From an uncultured Actinomycetota bacterium (GTDB lineage Bacteria > Actinomycetota > Actinomycetes > Actinomycetales > Dermatophilaceae), in assembly GCA_963795915.1 (NCBI GenBank), contig CAWCJA010000010.1:255049-319048 (forward strand): 64,000 bases of DNA, written 5' to 3'. This document shows, in pieces, positions 39,040 to 47,634 of this stretch (within the stretch, counting starts at the first letter, position 1; every line of letters begins with the position of its first letter). Below the pieces are notes generated by a model that was not told the origin of the DNA, searched no databases, and saw only the letters and a program-made list of their open reading frames with translations. A program made the position numbers and the translations under genes.

Positions 39040-39546
39040 TCAGGACCGGTCCTCCTCGCCCGGCCAGGCGGCGTCGGTGACGCGCCCCCCGTGCACCTCG
39101 AGTCGCAGCGGGGCGCTCGCCCCGGGGACGAAGAGGTCGTACGAGCCCTCGGTCAGCGAGGGGAAGACCGCGCTGTGGTCGACCCGGTCGCCGACGGGCC
39201 GTCCCACGACGGCGACGTGCGGCCGGTGGGGATGGTCGTGGGGATGGTCGTGGGGATGGTCGTCGGTAGGCGGGTGGTCATAGGTATGCGGGTGGTCCTG
39301 CGCGTGCGGGTGGTCGTGGGGATGCGCAGTGGGTGAGCCGTGGCCGGCCCCCGCGGCGTCGGCCGGCGCGATCTCGACCTCCGCCCCCTCGAGGGAGGCC
39401 GGGAGGTGCAGGACGATGGCCCCGACGTCGTCGCCGATGTCGAGCATGACCATGCCCTGACCGGCATGCGGGTTCTCGGCCAGGTTGGCCGCCCGCTGCG
39501 GGTCGAGTGGCTGGCGATCGGCGGGCTCGGCAGCCTCGTCCGGCAC
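39040..39546 (-). CDS. His-rich hypothetical protein
   Basis: About 15 His in a DHPH-repeat insert between ENPHAGQG..LDIGDD and PHVAVV..SAVFPSL..GSY; AAGGAG RBS. Confidence 0.8.
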   Translation of the reverse strand: MPDEAAEPADRQPLDPQRAANLAENPHAGQGMVMLDIGDDVGAIVLHLPASLEGAEVEIAPADAAGAGHGSPTAHPHDHPHAQDHPHTYDHPPTDDHPHDHPHDHPHRPHVAVVGRPVGDRVDHSAVFPSLTEGSYDLFVPGASAPLRLEVHGGRVTDAAWPGEEDRS

Positions 39547-39634
39547 GAGTGGTCTCCTTCGGTGACGGGACAGACGGACGGACGGTGCGAGGGGCGGCGA
39601 CCCCGGTCGGGGGTCGCCGCCTTCAAGCGTCGGG

Positions 39635-41020
39635 TCAGACGACGGCGGTGCCGGGCATGGACTGGTAGCCCCCGGCCGGCGCCCCGAGGTACGGGAAGTG
39701 CGCCGTGACCGCCGTGTTGGTGTTCGTCGTCCCGTCGGTGACCGCCGAGGCGGCGCCGTCGGGGGTGAACGACGGGTCGACGAACGGCAGGGTGGCCCCG
39801 GCGATCGCGCGCAGCTCGATGGTCACGACGTCGTCGTCGGGCCGCCGGCCGTTCGGGAACCCGGCGATATCCCCACCGAGCAGCCCGAGGTTGCTCGGCG
39901 CGGCCGCCGGGGGGACGGCGAGGTTGAGCCGCAGGAGGTCGGCCTGCTTGGGCCCGGTGTAGTTCCCCGGGAACCCGGGGACCACGCCGGCGGGGATGCC
40001 CGTGAGGAGGATGGCGAGCAGGTCGGCCCGGTCCTTCTTGTAGGCGGCCAGCTTCGGGAAGACGCCCGGGTAGAGCACCGGCAGGAGCTTGGCGAGCTCC
40101 GGCTGGGCCACGTACTGGGCGAAGTCCCCGTCGTCCGAGGGGTCGACCGTGTTCCAGATGTCCTTGCGGGCCATCGGCACGACGGCCTCGTTGAACAGCG
40201 GGTTGCCGAGGCGGGAGACCTGCTCCCACGGGCCGTACGCGACGAACTTCCCGGACCGCTTGTCGAAGATGCGCGTCTTCTGGCGGCTGGCCGAGGCATA
40301 CACGCCGATGACCGAGTCCGCGCTGGCGACGTCGGTCGGGTTCTTGCCGCCCTTGGTCAGGTCGGTCTTGGGCACCTTGATGGCGATGGTGTGCACGTTG
40401 AGGCCCTGGACGCCGTTGACGCCCTGGGCGGACGGCAGCGGGATGAGGTGGGCCTGGTTGAACGGCCGCAGCGCACCGAGGTCGAAGATCGACCCGAGGT
40501 CGACGTGGAAGGCGTCGCTGCGCTGGCCGGCGAAGACGGTCCGGCTGCCCTGGATGGGGTGCACGGCGGGCTTGCCGAGGTTGGCCTCGTAGTTCGGGGT
40601 GCTGCGCACGCCGACGTTGCACGGCGGGACGAGCAGACCCGAGGCCAGCAGCTGGCTCTTGCCGGTGCGGGGGGCCCGCGTCACGGTGTAGGTCTGCGGA
40701 CGGTTGAAGTCCTTGTCGTCGAGCGAGGTCACCTGGCCGGTGTTGTAGAGGAACGTGTTGGGGTTGCGGATCGTCGTGGTGAACCGGAACTGGTAGGACA
40801 CGTCCGGCTTGCCGTCGCCGCTGTTGCAGACGTGGATCTCGTAGAGGACGTCGTCGCCGAACTCGAAGAAGTTGGGGCCGCCCCAGGGGCTCTGCAGCGG
40901 GATGAAGTTGGCGATGAGGGTGACGTAGCTGGGGTCGTCCGGGCTGACGAAGGCGTAGACGTCGGTGTTGTCGGCGACGGGATCCTTGGCGATCTCCGGC
41001 GCTTCGCGGTGCGATGACAT
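39635..41020 (-). CDS. DUF4331 family protein
   Basis: MSSHREAP, DNTDVYAF, YEIHV, FAGQRSDAF, QVSRLGNPL, GFPNGRRPDDD, FPYL. Confidence 0.9.
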   Translation of the reverse strand: MSSHREAPEIAKDPVADNTDVYAFVSPDDPSYVTLIANFIPLQSPWGGPNFFEFGDDVLYEIHVCNSGDGKPDVSYQFRFTTTIRNPNTFLYNTGQVTSLDDKDFNRPQTYTVTRAPRTGKSQLLASGLLVPPCNVGVRSTPNYEANLGKPAVHPIQGSRTVFAGQRSDAFHVDLGSIFDLGALRPFNQAHLIPLPSAQGVNGVQGLNVHTIAIKVPKTDLTKGGKNPTDVASADSVIGVYASASRQKTRIFDKRSGKFVAYGPWEQVSRLGNPLFNEAVVPMARKDIWNTVDPSDDGDFAQYVAQPELAKLLPVLYPGVFPKLAAYKKDRADLLAILLTGIPAGVVPGFPGNYTGPKQADLLRLNLAVPPAAAPSNLGLLGGDIAGFPNGRRPDDDVVTIELRAIAGATLPFVDPSFTPDGAASAVTDGTTNTNTAVTAHFPYLGAPAGGYQSMPGTAVV

Positions 41021-41159
41021 GTGGAACCTCTCGGTACAGGAACGAGCGAGCGATGGACGCGCATACCGAGTCGAGGGGTCGACGCTCCCCGGTGAGCGAC
41101 TGCGGTGGGGGACGGTGACCGGTCAGCGCAGGAGGGTCACCACCTGGGTGATGACCCGG

Positions 41160-41402
41160 TCAGGCCCGCACGTAGGACTGGATGCGGGCGGCCAGGTCCT
41201 TGTCGACGACCTGCACCTCGCGCTCGCCGACCATGATGGACAGCGCTCCGGTCTTCGCGTCGACCACGTGGGCGACGATCGTCGCCGGCCCGCCGGCCGC
41301 GTGGGCCGAGGCGGGGGACATCAGGGCCGGGGCGACCGCGGCCGCAGCCACGCCCGTTCCGGTGGCGACGAGGAAACCTCGCCGGCTGGACTCTTTCATC
41401 AA
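41160..41402 (-). CDS. Small protein with twin-arginine (Tat) signal peptide
   Basis: SRRGFL followed by a hydrophobic stretch and ASAHA-A cleavage site; roughly 45-aa mature part. Confidence 0.75.
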   Translation of the reverse strand: MMKESSRRGFLVATGTGVAAAAVAPALMSPASAHAAGGPATIVAHVVDAKTGALSIMVGEREVQVVDKDLAARIQSYVRA

Positions 41403-41439
41403 CAGACCTCTCGTTGGTGGGGACCCCTACGTCGAGTCG

Positions 41440-41465
41440 TTCGTAGCGGAGGGTCGGGCGGATGG
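41440..41465 (-). promoter_or_regulatory. SigK-type ECF promoter for the Tat-peptide/DUF4331 operon
   Basis: Minus strand CCATCC-N15-ACGAA versus the recalled SigK consensus CCATCC-N15-CCGAA. Confidence 0.55.
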
Positions 41466-41554
41466 GGTGAGCCGTCAGGTTGGGGGATATCGGGGGGTTT
41501 GCCCGGGCGGTTAGGGGGGAGCGGGGCTCTCTCCCCCGTAACGCACGGAGAACG

Positions 41555-41588
41555 CGACGACCCCGGACCAGGAGGTCCGGGGTCGTCG
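41555..41588. terminator. Hairpin downstream of tRNA-Thr
   Basis: Perfect 15-bp stem CGACGACCCCGGACC-AGGA-GGTCCGGGGTCGTCG. Confidence 0.8.
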
Positions 41589-41619
41589 GCGCTGAGCCGA
41601 GTGGTACGTCGAGCTGGGG

Positions 41620-41696
41620 TGGAGCCGCCTATCGGAATCGAACCGATGACCTATTCATTACGAGTGAATCGCTCTGGCCGACTGAGCTAAGGCGGC
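41620..41696 (-). tRNA. tRNA-Thr (anticodon CGT)
   Basis: GCCGCCT acceptor, TAGCTCAG D-arm, ATTCA-CTCGTAA-TGAAT anticodon arm, GGTTCGATTCC T-loop, encoded CCA. Confidence 0.97.
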
Positions 41697-41754
41697 GTGC
41701 GCCCGTCGGGCGCGGGGCACCACTATACGGACTTCGACGCCGGCGTCCGCACGC

Positions 41755-43326
41755 TCAGCACTTCGTGCCGTCCGGCGGCGGGGTGCCGTCGAGCAGGTAG
41801 CCGTCGACCGCCTTGTCGACGCAGGTGCTCGACCGGGGGTATGCCGTGTGCCCGTCGCCGTCGAAGGTGACGAGCACGCCGTGGGCCAGCTGCTGGCGCA
41901 GGCGTACGGCCCACTCGTAGGGCGTGGCGGGGTCGCGGGTCGTGCCCACGACGACGATGGGCCCCGAGCCCTGCGCCGAGACCGTGTGCGGCTGGTTGGT
42001 CGCCTTGACCGGCCAGACGCCGCAGGGCACCGAGCTCCAGGCGAGGAACCGGCCCCAGGTCGGCGCCACCTTCTCGGCCTCCGCGGCGAACGCGTCGATC
42101 TGGGCCGGGTCGGCGGTGTCGGTCTTGTCGAGGCAGTTGACCGCGTAGATCGACTCCATGATGTTGCTCTGGTACTGACCGCCTGGGGTGCGTCGGGCAT
42201 AGGCGTCGGCCAGGCGCATGAGGGCGTTGCCGTCACCGTTCTTGGCGTCCTTCAGGGCGTCGGTCAGCTGGGGCCAGATCTCCTTGGCGTACATGGCGTA
42301 GGCGATGCCGCTGGACCCCCACGCCTCGTTGAGCTGGGTGACCGTCTGGTCGTCGGTGACGGGCAGCGGCGAGGCGTCGAGGCTCTTGAGGAAGTCGCGG
42401 ATCCACGCCATCCCCTCGTCGACGCTCTGGCCCACCGGGCAGTCGCGGGACTTCACGCAGTCCGCGACGTAGGCCTGCGTGGCCGTCTCGAAGCCCTTGG
42501 CCTGGCCGAGGTTGGACTGCTGCGAGGTGAGGTCGGGCGGCACCGCGCCGTCGAGGACCAGTCGACCGGCATACGCGGGGAAGAGGTCGGCGTAGATGGT
42601 GCCGAGGTAGGTGCCGTAGGAGAAGCCGAGGTAGTTCAGCTTGGGCTCGCCGAGGGCGGCGCGCAGGACGTCCATGTCCTTGGCGGCGTCGACCGTGGAC
42701 ACGTGGGCGATGGTCTTGGGGTTCTTCGCCGCGCAGCCGTCGGCCAGCTTCTTGGCCTGGGCGATGCTGTTCTGCTCCTCGGCGGGGGTGTCGGGGGTGG
42801 GGTCGGTGCCCAGGAAGGTGTCGAGGTCCTTGTCGCTGAGGCAGTCGATCGGCGCCGACCGGCCGACGCCGCGCGGGTCGAAGCCGACGATGTCGTAGCG
42901 GCGCCGCACGTCGGCGCTGACGATCTGGGCCGCCTGGCGGGCGAAGTCGACGCCCGAGCCGCCCGGACCGCCGGGGTTGACGACGAGAGAGCCGATGCGC
43001 TGGTTCGTCGTGCGCGCCTTGACCCGCAGCAGGGCGAGCTGGATGGTCTCGCCGCCGGGGTTGGCGTAGTCGATCGGCACCGAGAGCTTGGCGCACTCGC
43101 CGCCGGTGCACGGGCTCCAGGCCAGCCGCTGGGCGTAGAACCCGTCGAGCCCGACCGTGCCCGGGGGCGCCGTCTGGGGAGTGACGGGAGCGTTGTTCGA
43201 CGAGGAGGACGAGCTGTCGTCGCCGCCACTGGGCAGGAACGGCAGCACGAGGCACGACGACAGCGTCAGGCTCGCCAGCACCGCCGTCGCGACGAGGGCG
43301 ACGCTCCGACCGATACGTCGGCTCAC
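41755..43326 (-). CDS. Secreted/lipoprotein alpha/beta hydrolase (TAP tripeptidyl-peptidase-like)
   Basis: LSSC lipobox-like, NPGGPGGSG, GFDPRGVG, GFSYGT, DPATPY, GDGHTAY. Confidence 0.92.
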   Translation of the reverse strand: MSRRIGRSVALVATAVLASLTLSSCLVLPFLPSGGDDSSSSSSNNAPVTPQTAPPGTVGLDGFYAQRLAWSPCTGGECAKLSVPIDYANPGGETIQLALLRVKARTTNQRIGSLVVNPGGPGGSGVDFARQAAQIVSADVRRRYDIVGFDPRGVGRSAPIDCLSDKDLDTFLGTDPTPDTPAEEQNSIAQAKKLADGCAAKNPKTIAHVSTVDAAKDMDVLRAALGEPKLNYLGFSYGTYLGTIYADLFPAYAGRLVLDGAVPPDLTSQQSNLGQAKGFETATQAYVADCVKSRDCPVGQSVDEGMAWIRDFLKSLDASPLPVTDDQTVTQLNEAWGSSGIAYAMYAKEIWPQLTDALKDAKNGDGNALMRLADAYARRTPGGQYQSNIMESIYAVNCLDKTDTADPAQIDAFAAEAEKVAPTWGRFLAWSSVPCGVWPVKATNQPHTVSAQGSGPIVVVGTTRDPATPYEWAVRLRQQLAHGVLVTFDGDGHTAYPRSSTCVDKAVDGYLLDGTPPPDGTKC

Positions 43327-43447
43327 CCTCGGACGCACACGACTCCCCGTGACCCCTGTTTCCCGCACCGGAGCACGGTAACCCGCCGACCTGGCGGGCC
43401 GTGGTGGCCTGAGGTCACGAGCGTCCAACGGTCTCGGCCGTCAGGAT

Positions 43448-43526
43448 CGGTGTCAGGACGGCGTCAGCACGGCGCCAGTACGGGAGGTCAGCGGGTGGTC
43501 GGTGCGGGTGGTCGGTGCGGGTGGTC
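43448..43526. repeat. Short direct repeats in the holB - hydrolase intergenic region
   Basis: GCGGGTGGTC at 43491, 43504, 43517 (13-bp period), preceded by GTCAG(G/C)A-like units spaced about 11-12 bp. Confidence 0.55.
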
Positions 43527-43534
43527 ACGGGGGC

Positions 43535-44695
43535 TCAGGGGGTCGCGTCGGCGGTGCTGCGACCCGTCATCACGGTCACCGTCATCGCCTCGAGCGCGAG
43601 CAGCGGCGCGACGTTGAGGTTGATCCGCTCGCGCGCCTCCCCGATCGCCTCCATCGCGAGGAGCAGCTCCTCGGGGGTGCGCATCGCCGCGAGGGCGCGC
43701 ACGAGGTCGATGCTGTCCTCGTTGACGAGCTCGACGCGGGCGCCGAGGTGGAGCACGAGCGCGTCGCGGTGGATCGACAGCAGGTCGACGAGGCCGCGGT
43801 CGACGGTGTCGCGGGCGGAGCGGGTGGCCCGGGTCTTCTGCTCCTTCTCCAGGGCGGCGACCTGCGCGCGGACGTGCGGCGGCTGGGTGCGTGCACTCGG
43901 GTCGGCCCCGAGCGTCTCGAGGAGCCGCGTGCGCTCGGCGCCGTCCCGCTCGGCCGACGACGCGCTCGACTCCTCGTCGGCGATGGAGGCGAGGTCGGCG
44001 GCGGCCCCGACCGCGTCCCCGATCGTGCGGATCCGAGCCGGCATGGCGATGACGTCGCGGCGGCGGATGCGGGCCGCCTCGTCCCGGGCCAGCCGGCGGG
44101 CCAGCCCGACGTGGGACTGGGCGGCGCGGGCGGCATACCGGGCCATGGCGGGGTCGACCCCGTCGCGGCGCACGAGGAGCCGGGCGACGTCCTCGACCGG
44201 AGGGGTGCGCAGCCGCACGTGCCGCGACCGCGACCGGATGGTGACGATGACGTCCTCGACGGAGGGCGCGCAGAGCATCCAGACGGTGCGCGGCGTCGGC
44301 TCTTCCAGGGCCTTGAGCAGGGCGTCGGCGGCGCGCTCGGTGAGCCGGTCGGCGTCCTCGACGATGATGACCCGCCACCGCCCGACCGAAGGCCGCAGCG
44401 CCGCCTCCTGCACGAGGGCGCGGGTGTCCTCGACCTTGATCGACAGACCCTGGGTGGCCTTGACGGTGACGTCGGCGTGCGTCCCGTCGAGGGCGGTGCG
44501 ACACTCGCGGCACGTGCCGCAGCCGCCGTCAGGGCACTGGAGGGCGGCGGCGAACGCACGTGCGGCCACGGAGCGGCCCGACCCCGGTGGCCCCGTGAAC
44601 AGCCAGGCGTGGGTCATCGCGGCGGGGTCGGCGACCGCTCGCCTCAGCGTGGCCACCGCCTCCTGCTGGCCGACGACGTCGTCCCAGACGCTCAT
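43535..44695 (-). CDS. holB: DNA polymerase III subunit delta-prime
   Basis: MSVWDDVVGQ, HAWLFTGPPGSGRS, CxxGCGxCxxC, LLKALEEP, TIRSR. Confidence 0.95.
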   Translation of the reverse strand: MSVWDDVVGQQEAVATLRRAVADPAAMTHAWLFTGPPGSGRSVAARAFAAALQCPDGGCGTCRECRTALDGTHADVTVKATQGLSIKVEDTRALVQEAALRPSVGRWRVIIVEDADRLTERAADALLKALEEPTPRTVWMLCAPSVEDVIVTIRSRSRHVRLRTPPVEDVARLLVRRDGVDPAMARYAARAAQSHVGLARRLARDEAARIRRRDVIAMPARIRTIGDAVGAAADLASIADEESSASSAERDGAERTRLLETLGADPSARTQPPHVRAQVAALEKEQKTRATRSARDTVDRGLVDLLSIHRDALVLHLGARVELVNEDSIDLVRALAAMRTPEELLLAMEAIGEARERINLNVAPLLALEAMTVTVMTGRSTADATP

Positions 44696-45372
44696 CGGCG
44701 CGCTTCCGACAGCAGGCCCGAGCGCGCCAGGCCGTCGAGGACGGCCGCGTGGATCTGTTCCGGCGTGGCCCCCGCGTCGACGACGAGGTAGCGCTGCGGG
44801 TCGGCCGCGGCGAGCGCGAGGAAGTGCTCGCGCACGGCCTGGTGGAAGGCGTCCCCCTCGGCCTCGAGCCGGTCGTGTACGTCGCCGCGACGCTGCCGGC
44901 CGGCCTGCGGGCTGACGTCGAGCACGATCGTCAGGTCGGGCACGAGACCGCCGACGGCCCACTGCTGCAGGTTCGCCACCTCGTCGGCGCCGAGGTCGCG
45001 GCCCCCGCCCTGGTAGGCCGTGGCCGAGTCGACGTAGCGGTCGGTGAGGACGACCCGGCCGGCCTCGAGCGCCGGTCGGAGCATCGTGTCGACGTGGTGG
45101 GCCTTGTCGGCGGCGTAGATGAGCGCCTCGGCCCGCGGCGACACGTGGTCGCCGTGCAGCACGAGGTCGCGCAGGGCGGTCCCCAGGTCGGTGCCCCCCG
45201 GCTGGCGGGTCTCCAGCACGTCGTGGCCGGCGGCGCGCAGGGCCTCGGCGAGCAGGCGCACCTGCGTCGACTTGCCCGCCCCGTCGCCCCCCTCGAAGGC
45301 GATGAACACGCCGGTCTGCCGCGCGCCCACCGCCGGGGCGGTCGGCGGGGTCGGCGGGGTCGGCGGGGTCAC
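44692..45372 (-). CDS. tmk: Thymidylate kinase
   Basis: FIAFEGGDGAGKSTQ, TRQPGGT, DRYVDS, AYQG. Confidence 0.96.
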   Translation of the reverse strand: MTPPTPPTPPTAPAVGARQTGVFIAFEGGDGAGKSTQVRLLAEALRAAGHDVLETRQPGGTDLGTALRDLVLHGDHVSPRAEALIYAADKAHHVDTMLRPALEAGRVVLTDRYVDSATAYQGGGRDLGADEVANLQQWAVGGLVPDLTIVLDVSPQAGRQRRGDVHDRLEAEGDAFHQAVREHFLALAAADPQRYLVVDAGATPEQIHAAVLDGLARSGLLSEARR

Positions 45373-45495
45373 GCCCGCGACTCTAGGACAGACCCCCGTC
45401 ACGGCCACGCCGTCGTCGTCCCGCGACCACCGCGTGCAGGCGGCGCCACCGTCCTACAATCCCCGGACCAGGGAGGGGTGCTCGTGGGCAAAGAC

Positions 45496-46089
45496 ATGGC
45501 GAAGCGGGAGGCCGAGGCCGAGACGGCCTGGCACTCGGCCCAGCGGTACGCCTACCACCTCGCGGGCGGCGGGCGTCCGGCAACCATCGTCCCCCACGGC
45601 GCGATCCTCCGAGCCGGCGAGCAGGCGGCGTTCGAGACGGTGGCGGACCAGGCCCGGTTCTACGGAGACGACGGCACCTACCGGCATACCAACGGGATGT
45701 TCCTGGGCAGCTGGCAGTTCGTCGCCGCAGGGTTCGCCGCCACGGCGATGGCCAACTCGATGAAGAAGCACCGGGCCGAGGCCCACTCCGTGCCGCGATG
45801 GCGGGACGTCGTCCGCGCCCGCGTCATCGCCACGGACCAGCGGCTGCTCGTCGAGGTGCCCAGCCGCGGCCTGCTCTCCTTCTGGTACGCGGGGATGCAG
45901 GAGCTCTACCCGGCTCCGCGGCAGTGGGGCGTCGTGATGGCCTGGTCGGACTCCCCGCCCCTGCGGCTGTCCGGGCTCTCGGCTCCCTACCTGGCGGTGC
46001 ATGTCGCGGCGCACGTCATGCCTCAGCAGTGGACCAGGCACCCCGCCCTCGCCGAGCTGGTCCAGGGACCCGTGGACCGACCGCGATGA
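45496..46089 (+). CDS. Hypothetical protein
   Basis: Protein-like composition, divergent from tmk; no family recognised; start 45484 or 45496. Confidence 0.65.
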   Translation: MAKREAEAETAWHSAQRYAYHLAGGGRPATIVPHGAILRAGEQAAFETVADQARFYGDDGTYRHTNGMFLGSWQFVAAGFAATAMANSMKKHRAEAHSVPRWRDVVRARVIATDQRLLVEVPSRGLLSFWYAGMQELYPAPRQWGVVMAWSDSPPLRLSGLSAPYLAVHVAAHVMPQQWTRHPALAELVQGPVDRPR

Positions 46090-46147
46090 CGCGCCGGCCG
46101 GGCTCGATGCGCGTCGGACATCACGCCGTCGTCGCTAGGGTGCCGGG

Positions 46148-46681
46148 ATGACGGTGCGGGTGGGGTTCCTGCGGGCGGTCAACGTCGGCAAGCGACGGGT
46201 GGCGATGAGCCGGCTCGCGGCGGTCGCGGAGGGCCTCGGGCATACCGACGTGTGGACGCACATCAACAGCGGCAACGTCGTGTTCGACGCCACCGGCTCG
46301 CGTGCGGCCCTGGAGAAGGCCTTCGAGTCGGCGCTGTCGGATGAGTTCGGGTTCGAGTGCACGACGTTCGTCCGCAGCCCGGCCGAGCTGCTGACGATCC
46401 TCGAGGCCGACCCCTTCCCGGTCGCCGCGGGGGACACGCACTTCGTCACGTTCCTCAAGACGGCGCCGAGCGCAGCCCAGAAGAAGGACCTCGAGGCCCT
46501 GTCCGGGGACTTCGACACGCTCGTCGTCGTGGGGTCCGAGGTCCACTGGCGGATGCACGGCCGGTCCAGCGACTCGCCCCTCACCCGGCGTGACTGGGAG
46601 AAGGTGCTCGGGCCGCTGAGCTCGACCAGCCGCAACGTGACGATGCTGACCAAGCTCGTCGACAGGATCGAGGCCCGCTGA
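46148..46681 (+). CDS. DUF1697 family protein
   Basis: FLRAVNVG, THINSGNVVF, TSRNVTML. Confidence 0.88.
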   Translation: MTVRVGFLRAVNVGKRRVAMSRLAAVAEGLGHTDVWTHINSGNVVFDATGSRAALEKAFESALSDEFGFECTTFVRSPAELLTILEADPFPVAAGDTHFVTFLKTAPSAAQKKDLEALSGDFDTLVVVGSEVHWRMHGRSSDSPLTRRDWEKVLGPLSSTSRNVTMLTKLVDRIEAR

Positions 46682-46688
46682 GCGGACG

Positions 46689-46736
46689 GGATGGGGAGTC
46701 GCGGGGTCGCATCTGCACCCTCGCGGCTCCCCATCC
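46689..46736. terminator. Hairpin between convergent DUF1697 and tipA-like genes
   Basis: GGATGGGGAGTCGCG...CGCGGCTCCCCATCC 15-bp stem with one G-U pair. Confidence 0.7.
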
Positions 46737-46752
46737 AGCCGGCCGCGGCCCC

Positions 46753-47559
46753 TCAGGCCTGCCGGTCGGCGTTGGCGTGGATGGCGTCGCGCACGTACTG
46801 CGCGAGGCCCGGCTCCAGCTCCTCGTACGTCGCCGTGAACCGCGGGTCGGAGAGGTACATGTCACCGAGGTTGCGGTGGAAGGCGGGCGTGAGCGAGTAG
46901 AACCGGCCGTCGATGTGCCGCCGGTGCAGCTCCGCCGCGTCCATCGCGCGCTCGCTCGTGGCCGGCTCGCCCGCACGCTTGGCCTCGACGAACGCCTCGT
47001 TGACCGCGTCCGTCTCCGCCTTGACCTCCACCCAGTCCTCCTTGGTGTAGGCCGCAGTGCGGAACTGCGACTGCTTCCACATCTCGCTGTCCCCCCACCG
47101 CTCCTGCGCCTCCGCGGCGTACTCCTCCGAGAAGCCGTCCCCGAACAGCTCGCGCTGCTCGTCCCTGCTCAGCTGGGTTCCTGACATCTGACTCTCCAAT
47201 GCTCGGTCGATCGCCGAGACGAGCCCACTGAGCTCGTCCAGCCTGGACATGACCGCGTCGCGCTGCCGACGCAGGTGAGACGTGAGGTCGGCCCCGCTCG
47301 CATCGAGCAGCGCCCCGATCTCCTCGAGCGGGAACCCCAGCCGCCGGTAGACGACGACGTTCTGGAGCCGTTCGAGGTCGGGGGTGCCGTAGAGGCGGTA
47401 GCCCGCGGCGGTGCGCCCGCTCGGGCGCACCAGCCCGATCTCGTCGTAGTGGTGCAGCGTGCGCACCGTCACGCCGAGGTCGTCGGCCACCTGCCCGACG
47501 GTCCACATCGGGTCGGCCCCGGCGTCCGTCACCATGCTCAGCACCTGTTCTGCGGTCAT
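46753..47559 (-). CDS. tipA: MerR-family regulator with TipAS-type effector domain
   Basis: TVGQVA...VRTLHHYDEIGL...GYRLY MerR HTH; AEAQERWGDS...MYLSDPRF TipAS domain. Confidence 0.9.
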   Translation of the reverse strand: MTAEQVLSMVTDAGADPMWTVGQVADDLGVTVRTLHHYDEIGLVRPSGRTAAGYRLYGTPDLERLQNVVVYRRLGFPLEEIGALLDASGADLTSHLRRQRDAVMSRLDELSGLVSAIDRALESQMSGTQLSRDEQRELFGDGFSEEYAAEAQERWGDSEMWKQSQFRTAAYTKEDWVEVKAETDAVNEAFVEAKRAGEPATSERAMDAAELHRRHIDGRFYSLTPAFHRNLGDMYLSDPRFTATYEELEPGLAQYVRDAIHANADRQA

Positions 47560-47566
47560 GACGTCC

Positions 47567-47597
47567 AGCGTCCGGCCTGACGTCGCGTGAGGGTCAA
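47567..47597 (-). promoter_or_regulatory. MerR/TipA-type promoter with 19-bp spacer and dyad operator
   Basis: Minus strand TTGACC-N19-GACGCT with CCTCACG-CGA-CGTCAGG dyad in the spacer; ATG 7 nt after the -10 suggests a leaderless mRNA. Confidence 0.8.
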
Positions 47598-47634
47598 GCC
47601 CCATTCTGGGCTTCGGTGCCGCCGATGCCGAGGG

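Noticed and set aside
38790-41620. Integrative element at tRNA-Thr(CGT)
   Set aside because: No integrase, no duplicated tRNA 3-prime end seen, and base composition matches the flanks.
45341-45370. (PPT)3 repeat at the tmk N-terminus
   Set aside because: A short 9-bp slippage repeat in a disordered leader; no evidence of function.
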